Positions 27,116 through 39,909 of a DNA stretch of 64,000 nucleotides are shown one piece after another. The stretch spans positions 62,001 to 126,000 of the forward strand of contig AP026153.1 of the NCBI GenBank assembly GCA_030295235.1, given 5' to 3'. The notes beneath the pieces were generated by a model. It worked only from the letters and a program-made list of their open reading frames with translations, did not search any database and was not told the origin of the DNA. A program made the translations under genes and the position numbers. Source of the stretch: Fistulifera solaris (Eukaryota). Position 1 is the first letter of the stretch. Every line of letters starts with the position of its first letter.

Positions 27116-27669
27116 TTCGTCACAATGAAATAGAATGGAATAGCGGGCCGATTTGTTGGGCAAATAGCAATGATTTCACTCTCTATCTGCTTCTAAAAGA
27201 GCCTCGCCTCACAGTATCATGAAGTTCATCGACTTCCCCGACTCAGATCTATTTCAGTCCCGCAAACTGTCTAGTCCAATTTTATAATGATGGAATAAAT
27301 GCTTTGATCTTGCTGCTAATGTCAGCCAGATGAATAGAGAACAACAGATCCCTTACATTCATCTGGATGTTGCTGATTGCGCTTATCGAGCGTTTGGTCG
27401 CCGTGCATTCACTCCCTAGGATCCCATCCAGGTTTACTATAAAGCAAACTGTATATTACCTTTTCTCCGACTGCTTCGGTTTCAGTCCCGAGACGAATAT
27501 CCGGGCTATTTTGGCTTCGGCGCGAACACGCGACAGAAAATTAATTTTCTCTTCTTGTTGCGTTTTTGTGAGTTTTTTGTTTTGTGAATCAATCTCTTTC
27601 AATTCTTATTAGTCTAGTAGTCTCTTAATCACTCGATAATACGCCTTTTCGTTTATCCCACAATTCATC

Positions 27670-27973
27670 ATGGTAAGAAGAAGCGACAATGAAACGCGTC
27701 TTTTATGACAAGACGCAATCGTGTAATTTTGTCTCTCATTCTTTACTTGCTGTTCTTAATATAAAGCCCCACTCCTGCAATGAAGCCGCCTTTTCGTTAT
27801 TGCAATGCATGGAAGAAACACCCTGCGTCGTGGAAGAAAAACGCAGCGTCTACGATTGTTTACAAGATCCGTACGAATCCGATCCGTGTCGCGCCTTTCG
27901 GAATGCGTATACCATGTGCAAACATTCGCAATTGAATATGCGGACGCGCATTCGCGGAGTGCGGACGTATTGA
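27670..27973 (+). CDS. COA5: Cytochrome c oxidase assembly factor COA5/Pet191
   Basis: ATG (27670-72), intron 27673-27766, then PHSCNEAAFSLLQCMEETPC..CL..CRAFRNAYTMCKHSQLNMRTRIRG, which has twin CX9C-like spacing and a Pet191-type C-terminus. Confidence 0.85.
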
Positions 27974-28109
27974 ATAACTACGATGTGATGTAGTAATGAT
28001 AATGATAATAATAATGATAAGAAGAGTCCTACCATGGAAAAATGCCAACGAAACGGAAATATTATGGATTTAAATAATGCCGCTCGACTGCTTATTCCAA
28101 TTATTCGTA

Positions 28110-29201
28110 TCATACAATTTCCAAACTCCCCGACCGGGAAGTCGGTGCTTTTCTTCGATTCCGTGAATGACTTCGTTCACTACTACTGTGCGGTGATGAC
28201 GAAGGTGATCGATGATTGGGTGTCAGTGTTTGCATTTCCACATCGTCGTTTAAGGCAGACGGTCGCTCTAATTCGTTATTGTCGTCGTCTTCCACATAAA
28301 CTTGTTGCATGGCAGGATCCCATTCGTATCCCAACACGACGGGTCGTAATCCAGTGGGAAATTGGAGGGCATGAAAGGGCGACCATCGGTTTGTGTTTCC
28401 TAACACTTCATTGAACGGCACTTCGTGACGATGCCATTCGGTCCCGTGTTGTCCCACTTTCATTTGCATACGGGCAATTTTATTGTAACCCGTTTGTACG
28501 GCTTCCCATTGTTCGTAACCCATGGCCGTGGTGAAAATCAAAAACAAACAACTGATTCCGGCCAAAATCAATAGGAGAGGATGACTGTGCAATGACGACG
28601 ACGTGTTGTCGTGACACGGCGTCGAAGATCGTTCTTCTTCCTCGGAACACAACCATGCGGCTCCATAAAATTGCAAGCCCAATAGTAACAAGACTTGGAT
28701 ACAACAGAGAGCTGTGTAGAGTAAAAACAGCACAAAGAATTTATGATTCCCAATGCCGACGGCATTGTTGATCCAGGGACAATAATGATCCAATTTGACA
28801 ATGCATCGTCCCGTTTGACTGTCGTGATGCGCACGAGATGGTTTGAAATTGTCGTGGCATTTCGGGCATCTTCGGATGGTGCGTTTGGTTGTCGAGTCGA
28901 CGGATCTTACGGTCGTTAGAGGACGCGCTCCCAACGGCACGGCACCTGGATCGGTTGTGGTCGCTTGATACAAGGATACGAGTGCCAGCAGTGTTGTGGG
29001 GCAATAGAGGATCCAAAAACAAGCCATGGCGACGGCCGACTGGGAAATAAGGTAGAAAAAGCTCACTAAAACAGAATAGATATGTATACTGACGGATACT
29101 AAAATTCCCAACAACCCACCGATATTCCAAGAACACCATCGTTGCGCGGTAAAGGACGTTCCGTATCGTTTCCCGCACACGGAAATTTCATGGCGGGGCA
29201 T
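28110..29201 (-). CDS. DHHC-family palmitoyltransferase (DHYC variant)
   Basis: TDPGAVP, CPKC..FKPSRAHH..RCIVKLDHYCPWINNAVGIGNHKFF, and transmembrane helices. Confidence 0.9.
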   Translation of the reverse strand: MPRHEISVCGKRYGTSFTAQRWCSWNIGGLLGILVSVSIHIYSVLVSFFYLISQSAVAMACFWILYCPTTLLALVSLYQATTTDPGAVPLGARPLTTVRSVDSTTKRTIRRCPKCHDNFKPSRAHHDSQTGRCIVKLDHYCPWINNAVGIGNHKFFVLFLLYTALCCIQVLLLLGLQFYGAAWLCSEEEERSSTPCHDNTSSSLHSHPLLLILAGISCLFLIFTTAMGYEQWEAVQTGYNKIARMQMKVGQHGTEWHRHEVPFNEVLGNTNRWSPFHALQFPTGLRPVVLGYEWDPAMQQVYVEDDDNNELERPSALNDDVEMQTLTPNHRSPSSSPHSSSERSHSRNRRKAPTSRSGSLEIV

Positions 29202-29522
29202 TCTTGGTGTGAATCGTAGACTTTAGAGTCAAGGACGGCGATCAATGTGTTATTCTAGTCTATTGCAAAGTCAACAACGAAATTAGAATGGCGTTTTTGC
29301 ATGGGTGCGTGTTGGAACTTCTTCCACGATCCAGTGTGACTGTCATATTTTAGTAGCCTTGAGTGTCCGAGTGTTACTGAGCCGGAACTTACTTCAAAAC
29401 AGAAAGTAGTCGCAACACGACCAGTTAAAACCTGCAACAAACAGCAAAACGCCGCTTCCTATAGTCGATTCCTTCCTTCCTTCCTTCCTTCCTTCCATTT
29501 CATTCTTTACAATATTCGTACA

Positions 29523-30839
29523 ATGAAATCGATCAAATGGGACGAATTGGATCAAGTGGTGGAGTCTTTGGAAGCCGGAGATGCGGAAGCGGTCGAGCGG
29601 GCCGTTGCACGCGTCGTCATTCAGGAAGATCACGACAATTATGATGATGAGGATGATGATGAGATGAAAACAGCAAAAGACGAAACGAAGGATCCTCCAA
29701 CGAATGAGAACACGAAAACGAATACAACAACAAAGAAGAAGAACGAAAAATTAACCAAGAGCCGCAAAACCTTACCCACGGTGTTACAGACATCTCAATA
29801 CGAAAACATCCCCCCTCGGTATGGCGGGGGCACACATGTTGGTGACCTTTGGTGTCTTGCAGCCGTTACCCGAAACCGTAGAAACAGCCTTGCAATTGAC
29901 ACGACACGCTCTGTGGCGGGTCCTCCAACAAGCCGTGCAATTGCATAAACAACGCCAAACCTCCTTTCGTCAAGCCCGTCAAACGATACGTTCCGATATT
30001 TACAAATCGCGACAAATCCCGCATTCGTTGGAGACATATTCGTCCGAATATCAGTATCGCGTCCTCCTCAAACATGATGCGGCGGCCAAGACGACCACGT
30101 GGTTGGATTTGGAAGATTTGCAAGCCTTGTTTCCGGAACAAATTTATGCCTATGTGCAATGGAATCATCGATTGCTCGAATATCAACGCAACAAGGCAGA
30201 CAATGATGATGATGATGATGACGAAGAAGACGAAGAAGAAGCAGAAGACGATGACGAAGAAGACTTAATGTCTCAACCGGTCACGGGAGGACATTTAATG
30301 GAACGCGCGGCACATTTCGATCAACGCACGTGTCACATGAAAGAAGACTGGTACCTGCAATTCGCGCAAGTCATTCGAACGAAAGGATCCTTTTGCCCGC
30401 TCGTGATCCAGGATTTCACAGTACCCGCTTTTGGCATTGGATTCGTGTTCCGGCGATCACAGAGGAAGGGTGGTCGCAAGACGATGCGTTCAAAGAACCG
30501 CATCCAATTGTCTCCAAGGCCATGGCCTTCTTGGCATTTGATTTCTTGGGTCGCATCATTGAACAAGCCATTGTGTACAAAACGAACGATCACAATTGTA
30601 CCGAATTGCCCTCGGATCAAACTTTGACGCCGGACGATTTGTATACGGCCGTACAGCACCATCCGGAATTGCAGGAATTGACCGCGTCCTATTTTCAAAA
30701 TAAGAAGAAAACACCTCAAAAGGCACCGCAATTGTATTTTGGTCCAGGATTTGAAGTACGATTGGAGATGGAATTGGAAGAAATGTTGGCGAATAGTAAA
30801 GAAGAAGAGGAGAAACCACGAAAACGACAGCGACTTTAA
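29523..30839 (+). CDS. Spt3/SUPT3H-like SAGA subunit (two frameshifts)
   Basis: HMLVTFG..PLPETV (N-terminal histone fold), ERAAHFDQRT.HM...Y.QF...SF, FWHW and AMAFLAFDFLGRIIEQA (C-terminal histone fold) parallel the Spt3 layout. Confidence 0.65.
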
Positions 30840-32738
30840 TGATTCAAATTCCTTTTTACTTGTAATTCTGTTAATAACTCGGACTGCTCACAAATTCGTC
30901 GCCCTCCAAAACTTCTTCCTCGTGACCTACTTTTTTCGTAACGCGCCAAACTGTTGCTACGACTGACATCCTTCCCTTCCCGTTTGGGATACGCCAAGGC
31001 ATACAGCAGATCCAAATGCTTGGACGATTGTTGCGACAATTGACCAGGTGGAGGCAACGATGCCATGACACTTTCGCGTGTACGACGCTGAATCGTCTTG
31101 GTCACCAGACCAGTGTGACCGTCCGTGACACGAACATCACCGTCGGTACTGCCAATGGAGCGATCGTCGCTGTTGGCATCGTCTGTGGAACTTCCACCGG
31201 CGCGACCGCGGACGGCGCGGAGGAGACGGCGGTTCCATTTGTTGGTCACTTTCATGGAGATCATTGATCGTCCCAAACGGAACTGCACCGGTTGAGATAG
31301 AGAAAGCTCCAAGGGTCGTCTTAAATAAAGATAGGAACCATTGGACGACCCGGCGTCGGTGAAAATAAATTCCCCATTTTTGAATCGAATCGCCGCGTGG
31401 CGGGCCGAGACTGTACGATAGTCCAGGACCATATCCGAGCCACTGGAACGTCCTAGCAAAGAGGACGTGTGGCATTTCTGCCATCCGGCTTCATGAGTGT
31501 GCTGAAGGAAAGCTGAAACCTTGTGTTGAAAAGACGCTGCGCCATTTCGTGTTTCGTAGCCACCAACAAGGAGATGTACGGAGGCTCCAGAGAAGATTTG
31601 AAGAGTTTGACCTGGCGACCATCCTTCAACTTAAAATCCGACTTGAACGAGCTCTTGCAAACCGAGCACGTGGCATCCACGGACGAGAGAAAGCAAATCT
31701 GATTGTCAGCTTCTGCCGTGTGCCATTTGCGAAGACATTCCACGTGCACGTATTTAGTATCACCACTGCACTTGCAGGGAGTGATCATGGGGTTCTCGTC
31801 GGTATCTTCTTCGTCGAAACACATGTAACAAACCGGATTTTCGCCCAAATCTCCCTTGCTGTTGTTATGGGGGAGTTTTCCCTGTGGATTCGTTTCGCCG
31901 TCCGAAGAATCATCCGAGTTTTCTGTAAAGAGAGGAGAATGAGCACAGGCTATACAAAACTATTTCTCCATTTCATTCCACCCAAACAAGACGTACCTCC
32001 ATCCGTTTCGGCCAAATCCAAAAATCCATTCGAATTGGTCGTATCCTTCATAATCTTTTGTATCTTTTCTTCACTCAAGACCTTGTTTTCCACACCATCG
32101 TGCGTTTCAATGACAACCACACCGACGGACCCGACCCGCAAAAAGTCTCCCACTTGCAAAGTATGCGAGGCGGGCGGATGTTTGCGATCCCCCAACAGAC
32201 GGCACGTTCCGGAATGTCGGGAAAAGGCTTCGGGCGCCGGGACGACCCAAAAGGACTTGCCGTGCGTCGTGACGAGCAATTGACACGCACGAGTGTCCGA
32301 CAATTCGTAACGTTGCAATTTGCGGCCGACGTGTTGGGCGTATTCGGCTCCCAAATCGACGCCACTGCGGTGGCGGTTGCTGCCTTGAATAATGACACCT
32401 TCCGGTTTGATGGTGAAGGACGTGAATTTCTTTTTTCCGCCGGCTTGACTGTTGTTGCAGGGATAGACCTTGACTTCGACTTGTGTGTCGAGACGTGAAT
32501 TGATATCGGAGGCCGGATTGATGCAACGTGCGGGTAAGTCGGCTTCGCGTGAGCGGCCGCGGTCCCAGTCTTCCACTACCAAATGCGGTTCTTCGTGTAC
32601 AACCGAAGACGGTGAACGCGGATTCAATTCGATAGGTGACGGAGGAATCGTATCGGGACGGTGATGATGATTGCTTTCGATCGGAGGAGATGCACGAAGT
32701 GCTGAAATATCACGATTGCTGTTGTTGCCTTCTTCCAT
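30836..32738 (-). CDS. FHA + RING-CH (RINGv) E3 ligase-like protein (intron ~31923-31995; frameshifts)
   Basis: CYMC..PCKCSGDTKYVHVECLRKW...CSVC (RINGv) and LGRSS..D....TVSARHA.I...DAGSSNGSY (FHA). Confidence 0.85.
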
Positions 32739-33861
32739 AATGAATAATGAAGATGGATGGCGATTTTACTATTTTTCTATCCAATTGCAACGACCGTATT
32801 CTCAAATCAAATTCGTTCCGACTGTCGATTGCTACGTTTTTCAGAGTTAACTTTCAATAACTGCTACAACGGAGAAAGAAAGGCACACGTGAGAAACAGA
32901 CTCAACAGTACGAAAGCGCTACACGAACGTTTCTCGTTCCGCCGCGCGAACATCGCATTACACACATCGTTATCAATTAACAACGTACAATGAAGCGATG
33001 AAGAAAAGTCAAAAGGAAGAAGAAGTCAAGAAAGTGTTATTAGAATAATACGAAGGAAGGAGAAAGTCAATAATGCAGCAGCAGCAGCGAATAAACGAGG
33101 CCGTCCCCGCAACAATCACGGCCTGGCTGCTGCTTGCGTCGTCGGCCGCGCCGCCATCGCCGTGACGGAAGTCACAGAAGTCTTTTGCGGGGATGTCTTT
33201 TACTCTTCGAGTCAGAGTCACATTCCATCGTGTGTAGTACTATACGCGTTTCATGTACACCGGGTCCTATTTAAACTCAAAGGGACGTCCAAGTAGGATT
33301 GAATTGACATTTACACTATGCCAGTTTTTGTAAAACGACAGGCGGACTGGTTCGCGATGCATAAATAATTTAACCGTCGTATAACGCTCTTCTAAACCAG
33401 GATTCACACTGCGACTCTATATTATCGATCAAAATGTACTCAAGTCTCAAGTGAACAAGGTCGCTTCTCAACACGGATCAAACCAAAGTAGCGATAAAAT
33501 AGCCTTGTCCTACATCTCTTTCTATAGTCGAAGCACGAATTCGTTTCTCCGAATTCTTCATTCGTGATTGAAAATCCAGCTCGGCGCAACAGGAATCAAA
33601 TACTCCGTCCGTTTGTTCTTTTGTAGTCTAGCTAGGTGTCGAGTCTACGAAATCATAGCTGAGTCAAGAAGTGTCTATATTTATTAATAAAACAGCAGGA
33701 AAATCGTCTATTTCATCCTCAAATATCGAAACCAGAGCTCCATAGGATGATTATTTTGAGAGTTTGATTTCACTGCAGAGAGCAACATAGTTCGAGTTGA
33801 TGAAGTCTTTGTCACAACCAGTCGACCGCTTTTTTCATACTTTTCCCCCAATTTACTACAT

Positions 33862-34524
33862 TCAATCATCATCTAATTGCAATTCCAGTGCCCCCGCCGT
33901 CACATTTTGATAATATTCTTTGCCCAATTGCAAACACACGGCAAACTCCAACGACAATGGAATGATACCCACCGCCACATGACCACACCGAAATCGCATC
34001 AGGACCACCATTTGTTGTTGCGCATCATAGTCGTTGACTGCTTTTTGTAAACAGGTTCGGACGGCCGTCAATTCGAAATCATCCCGACAGACTTCGGCAT
34101 CGTATTCTCCCAAGGTCAAATAATGCAACAAGACGGAACGATTTCGTCCCGGAAGTGTCAAGGCGGCCAAGGTTTGTGTACTTTGAATGAACAAAAATCC
34201 ACGTCCCAATGCTTGCATTTGATAAACAGCGTAAGGCATGGCGTACAGGCGAATCTGGTGCAACACGTGGTGGCGGGCGTGTGCGGAATCATCGTCGGGC
34301 GTGTTCCAACGCCCCTGAGCGTCGATGCGTTGATAGGCGGCACAATATTTCTTGTGTCTTTGTTTCCAATCCTGTATTTGACATTCTTTACTACAATAGG
34401 TAGCGACGTGACATTGACTGCATTGTTTGGGTGTTGTCAATGGTATATTGCAATGGAAGCATTTGTTGTTGGAAAAGATGGAGTAGCGACACCGGCGTAA
34501 CCCAATTCCAACGTCTGCAGCCAT
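33862..34524 (-). CDS. MYND zinc-finger protein
   Basis: CFHC..CSQCHVATYCSKECQIQDWKQRHKKYC. Confidence 0.8.
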   Translation of the reverse strand: MAADVGIGLRRCRYSIFSNNKCFHCNIPLTTPKQCSQCHVATYCSKECQIQDWKQRHKKYCAAYQRIDAQGRWNTPDDDSAHARHHVLHQIRLYAMPYAVYQMQALGRGFLFIQSTQTLAALTLPGRNRSVLLHYLTLGEYDAEVCRDDFELTAVRTCLQKAVNDYDAQQQMVVLMRFRCGHVAVGIIPLSLEFAVCLQLGKEYYQNVTAGALELQLDDD

Positions 34525-35005
34525 TCGGTAGATAGAGATGATGATTCGGTTGTGGTCGTCATAGGAAAACAAAACTACTGAAGAATTTGCAATGATGATG
34601 AAAGGGAGGCCTGTGCTTTTGGAATTTTGAAGAATGAATGGCGTTTACTTTTCAAAAATGCGCGACGGTCTGTCCTTGATCGGGTCATTCTGACGTCATC
34701 GACGAACACAAACGCCACACGAAAAAAAAGTGAAACACACTATAACATGCATTGACAATTCACATTACAAAGATGATGATCTTCCACGAAGCGAGGAATA
34801 AGAGTTAGCAATTTGTACGCAATTCATTCGTTCCTTCGTTTCGCAATCGGCGTAGCAATCTCTTGTCTGAAGAAGAGAAGCGTGATATTCACCGTTGCTA
34901 CGACTATTCGTCGCCTCCATTTTATTATTCACTGGCCATTTGTTTTCCGACGAACCCATTCTCTTTCCACAACCCAAAGCACAACAAATTCAACAAAAGT
35001 ACAGC

Positions 35006-37098
35006 ATGGCCCCCAAATTCTCATGTTCGGTCTATTCCTTTCGTTGCATGCAACACGCACTGTGGCGTTTACAAGCCGTCGCATAATAATGCGGCCCGTG
35101 ATGTTATTCAGCACCACATCACCAACATCGACGGAATTCAAAGGCATGGAATGGTTACAAGATGCGGTCGTCGAAGTCTTGAACGAATTGTACGATCCCA
35201 AAGAAGTCGCCAAGGGGAACTTATTATTGCAATGGCAAAAGAATCAGAAAAAGAAAAAGAATAAAAAAAGACACCGGTGACGTCGACAGTGGTAGTCTTG
35301 TGATTGACGCCGAACAAACACAATTATTGGAACAAGCTTCCGCACAAGCGCAGCCCTTTTCAAAACATCAAGCGATGGTAACACCGGCGACACGATCGGA
35401 TTTTGGTGATTTTCAAGTCAATGCCGCCATGGGATTGGCGCAAGCGTTGCAACTGAATCCACGCGAATGTGCGCAACAAATTATGACGCGGCTGCGACCG
35501 AAAATTGCGGACGTCATGGAAGAACCGGAAATTGCCGGACCGGGATTTGTCAATTTGCGATTTAAGACCGACTATTTGACGGCCACCGTGGCGGCCATGG
35601 CGAATGACGCGTCGGGGCGTTTGGCGTTGCCAGCGGTCGCCCAAAAACAAAAAGATCGTGGTGGATTTTTCGTCACCCAATATTGCCAAAGAAATGCATG
35701 TGGGACATTTGCGTTCCACGATTATTGGTGATACATTGTGCCGTGTATTGGAATTTGTGGGACATGATGTGGTCCGACTCAATCATGTGGGTGATTGGGG
35801 GACACAGTTTGGCATGTTGGTGGAACATTTACGGGATGAATTTCCGGAAGCGTTGCAACCGTCGCAAAACCCTGTGGATTTGGGTGATTTGGTCGTCTTG
35901 TACAAGGCAGCGAAGAAGCGTTTTGATGAAGATGACGAGTTCAAAGTACGAGCGCGTGAAGGTGTTGTCAAATTGCAAGCCGGACAACCCGAAGAATTGG
36001 CAGCGTGGGAAACACTCTGTGCGGCCAGTCGAGTCGAATTTGAAAAAATATACCGTATGCTCAACATACAAGGATTGCAAGAACGAGGTGAATCGTTCTA
36101 TAATCCGTATCTGAAAGACGTGGTCGACGAACTCAAAGCCAAAGGCATGGCCGTGGAAAGCGATGGCGCCACGGTCATTTACATAGACGGCTACACCAAC
36201 CGGGATGGTTCTCCGTTACCCATGATTGTCCAAAAAATCCGATGGTGGCTTCAATTACGCGACCACCGATTTGGCCGCCATCCGACAACGCACCTTGTTG
36301 TTGTCCGATGAAGGAGGCGAACAGGCCGATCGCGTCTTGTACGTGACGGATGCGGGCCAAAGTCAACATTTTGAAATGGTCTTTCAAGCGGCCAAACAAG
36401 CGGGATTCGCTCCCACCCACGCACGATTGGAACATGTTCCCTTTGGACTGGTCCAAGGAGAAGACGGGAAAAAGTTTGCCACCCGATCGGGTGAGACGGT
36501 CAAATTAAAAGATCTACTCCATGAAGCCGTCAAAAGGGCCGGACACGATTTGCGATCAAGGAATGCTGCCACGGCGAATGTTGCGTATTTGGAACAAATC
36601 GATCGCATCGCCCACATTGTGGGCATCGGTGCCGTCAAATACGCCGATTTGTCCATGAATCGTGAATCCAATTATCGTTTCAGTTACGATCGGATGTTGA
36701 GTTTGAATGGCAATACGGCACCGTACATGTTGTACTCGTACGCTCGTATTTGTGGAATTGTCCGAAAGGGCAGTGGTCAAGCCGACGATGCTGTGCTGGA
36801 GTGGCCTTCTTCAGCCGATATTGTAATATCCCACGAGACGGAACTGGAATTGATGCGCAATTTAGTACGCTTGCCCGACGTGATTGCCGAAGTCGAACGC
36901 GATTTGTATCCGCACAAGATTTGTGATTATTTGTTCGAAACGTCGCAAAAATTCAATCAATTTTACGAACATTGTTCTGTAAATCAAGCCGAAACTCCCG
37001 AATTGAAAGCAAGTCGTTTGACCTTATGTGTCGCCACGGCCGGAACCTTGCGACTCTTGTTGAATTTGTTGGGCATTGAAGTCGTCGAGCGGCTATAA
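35006..37098 (+). CDS. argS: Arginyl-tRNA synthetase, probably organelle-targeted (frameshifts)
   Basis: [63 protein letters not shown]. The N-terminal signal-like ...[13 protein letters not shown] resembles a diatom bipartite leader. Confidence 0.95.
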
Positions 37099-37188
37099 CA
37101 GAAGGACGATGGACTGATTAAAACGTTACGCTAAGCACAATAATTTTAAAAGTAGTAGTGAACTGGTTCTGCACTGCACACTCGTTGT

Positions 37189-38078
37189 TTACGACTCCAA
37201 CGGTTTCTTCTTTTTCTTTTTCATAATTTGTTCCACGGTATATTCGTCTTTTCCTTGATGCAACACGTGCGCCAACCAATGCAAGGCGGCCGGATCGACA
37301 ACATCATCGAGGAGGGGCGTGGGATTGCACACCAACATGGCACTCCCTTGGAGACCGGTCTTTTGGATGACAATATTGGCATAATAGCGTCCGACTTTGG
37401 CTTTTTCCTGGGCCAATTCCCGCAATCGCGTCGCAAAGGACCATCGGAATTTGTGGCCTTGCACAAAGGGAATCCATACCAAGACGGTCGCGTACGGATT
37501 TCGTTCCAGAATGCGTTGTAATAAGGCTTGGACCGCCGCATATTCGTCGTCGTGCACAAAGCCGGCATCCAACAAGACGACATGGTGTTTGTCACTGTCG
37601 GGGGGCATTAAGAACTCCAATGTCGCTGGATCATAACAATCGAGTGGTTGAAACTGTGCGGCTGAATTAAGGCCTTCCACTTGTTGCATGTAACAATCGG
37701 TACAGCGATGTTCATCCATGCCTTCTCTTAAGAGCGACTGGGTGAGCAAGGGCGATCCAGGATACAGTTCGAAATCCTCCAAGCCATCGGCTCCGACGGT
37801 TTCGAGAACAGTTTGGATGTACGTCCGAATCGGAGCGGGAATTTCGTATTTTTTCGCGGTTTGACAATACCGCTGCAAGACTTTCCCGATGCCGTGTTTC
37901 CATTCGTCTTGATTTTCTAACGCATAAACACCGTATCCCGAATGCGCATCGGCGACCATCAATCCTTCCGGATGGACTTTTGCAATTCTTGGATAACATT
38001 CACCAGCAGTAGGTGCTTAAAGACATCCGCGTGATTGCCGGCGTGGTCTTCGTGTTTATAAAAGGGCGTGTCGGTCAT
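37189..38078 (-). CDS. RlmJ-like rRNA adenine methyltransferase (frameshift near 37980)
   Basis: Hand translation from the ATG at 38078 gives YKHEDHAGNHADVFKH, followed by DAHSGYGVYAL and YPGSPLL, the RlmJ signature blocks. Confidence 0.8.
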
Positions 38079-38619
38079 TTTCTTTCTTCGATAATGATGT
38101 CGTTTTTGGAACTTTTTTGTCGTTCTGACTCGATGAATCTTTCGGATCGAACTCTTTCAAGCGTTGATTCTTTGATAGAAGGACTTGTTTTAATAAAAAT
38201 GGAAGGAACGAATCGATTTTATTTATGCAACAACAACAACAACAACAAGACACACAATAAGAACCAAAAGATCGTCGTATCGTTTTGTTGTCGAGGGTCA
38301 TCTTTCGTGTCTTGCTTCGGACGACAGATGGACGATAGAAAGTCATCGTGTCCTACTGGCAATATGCTTCGCGCACGCTTTCGTGCGCGGCGCCTCCCGT
38401 CATTGCTGTGTATCATCCAAAAAGTAGAAACGGAATTCCGTGTGGCGAGAGGTGGGAGAAAAAACGAACAACAAAACAAACGAACGAACGAAAAGCCTTC
38501 TCGCTGCTTATATCCTCGTCATTCGTCGTTCTAGCAAGAAACGATTATTATTAGTCTATTCGAACTCTCCTTTTCTTCTTTCTCACTACCAACTACAGTC
38601 AGTCAGTCAGTCAACAAAG

Positions 38620-39493
38620 ATGAACGACAAAATGGTTCCCGTACAAATTGAAAAATACGTCAATGCGATTGGTGATTTCATGGACAAACATCCCACGACG
38701 ACCATGAATGGTACGATGTATGCGTTTGTTGTGTGTTCTGCTTGTGTATGTACATTGTAATTGAAAGTAGAGACGAAGAGAGAAAGAGAGAAATAAAAAG
38801 GAATGCTAGAGAATGCTAGAGAAAAGAATTGTATTTGCTGGCATGGAAAACGAAGGATCGTCATCATCGTCGTCACTTTTCGGAGCCACCGATTTTCTTT
38901 CCGTTTAGAACGACACAACACTGCTTCTTGTGATTCATGGATACAAACCGAGTTTGCTGCTTCGTTGTGTGCTACAAGAGTTGCTCATTCTAAAATTTAT
39001 GAGTTTTCGTCCTTTTTCTCATTCGTTCTTTGTTCTTTTCTCATGCACTCGTTTCTTTTTTCCAGACAAATTGAAAGACTTGGAACACAAGACGGGATAC
39101 CACAAGGTCTACTTTTTTGTCACGGGTGCCGTGTCCGCACTCAGTGCCTTGTGGTTGTTGGGTGGCGTCAAATTGTTGGTGGATTTGTTGGGATTCGTCT
39201 ATCCCGCCTACATGTCCTTCAAAAGCATGGATTCCGGCAGTCACGATGATACCCAGTGGTTGACCTATTGGGTCGTCTTTTCCTTCCTTTCCATTGTCGA
39301 GAATTTGTTGAGCGTCATCGTCACGGCCATTCCCTTTTATTTTTGGATCAAAATGGGAGTCATTGTGTGGATGTACGCTCCGTCGACGCGGGGTGCCGAA
39401 GTATTGTATCAGCAAGGCTTGCGACCGTTGTTGGCTCCCCTATTTGGAGGCGGGCAAGAAGGATTAATGTGTCGGGGAGTCTATCTAGTGTGA
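38620..39493 (+). CDS. REEP/Yop1/HVA22 (TB2/DP1) ER-shaping protein; intron ~38711-39065
   Basis: GFVYPAYMSFKS..DDTQWLTYWVVF..IPFYFWIK..GAEVLY. Confidence 0.9.
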
Positions 39494-39909
39494 GTCACCT
39501 TTTGCATCATTCCAAAGCGATACCTAAGATCCTTATGAGTGTATCTTTCTACTACTATTTTTCGACTTGCTTATTTGTTTGTATGCTCTTAGTACATTAG
39601 ACCTGCTAGAACTGACTAGCAAAGATATTATAGGGAAATCTCAGATTTTCCTTCCATAGCTAGCGCTAGAATCTAGAGATCTAAGCTTGGAACGAAGAGC
39701 GTATCCTCTCGTTTCTCGAGGCCCGTGGACGACCGACAGACAATGTGACGCGTGCCCCGTGATTCGTCCTTCTCCAGTCACTTCTGTATCCTTCGTTCAC
39801 CATAAAAACGGTTGCGTCACGGACTGAATCATGACTCGTTGACACTACAAAATCGTACTGTGCAAAATGCGAACCATGGTATCAGTCATGAGTCGTCATG
39901 AGTCGTCAG

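Noticed and set aside
27990..28020. ATA/ATG trinucleotide run (also CAA at ~38228 and TTCC at ~29469)
   Set aside because: Ordinary microsatellites.
30836..30839. Overlapping stop codons of the Spt3-like and FHA-RING genes
   Set aside because: The FHA-RING C-terminus may be frameshifted (alternative stop at 30871), so the overlap is unreliable.
31549..32498. Long antisense ORFs here and opposite other genes
   Set aside because: They are shadows of real coding strands with no motifs of their own.
35230..36245. Programmed frameshifting in ArgRS
   Set aside because: The indels sit in A-runs like those throughout the window; assembly error is the simpler explanation.
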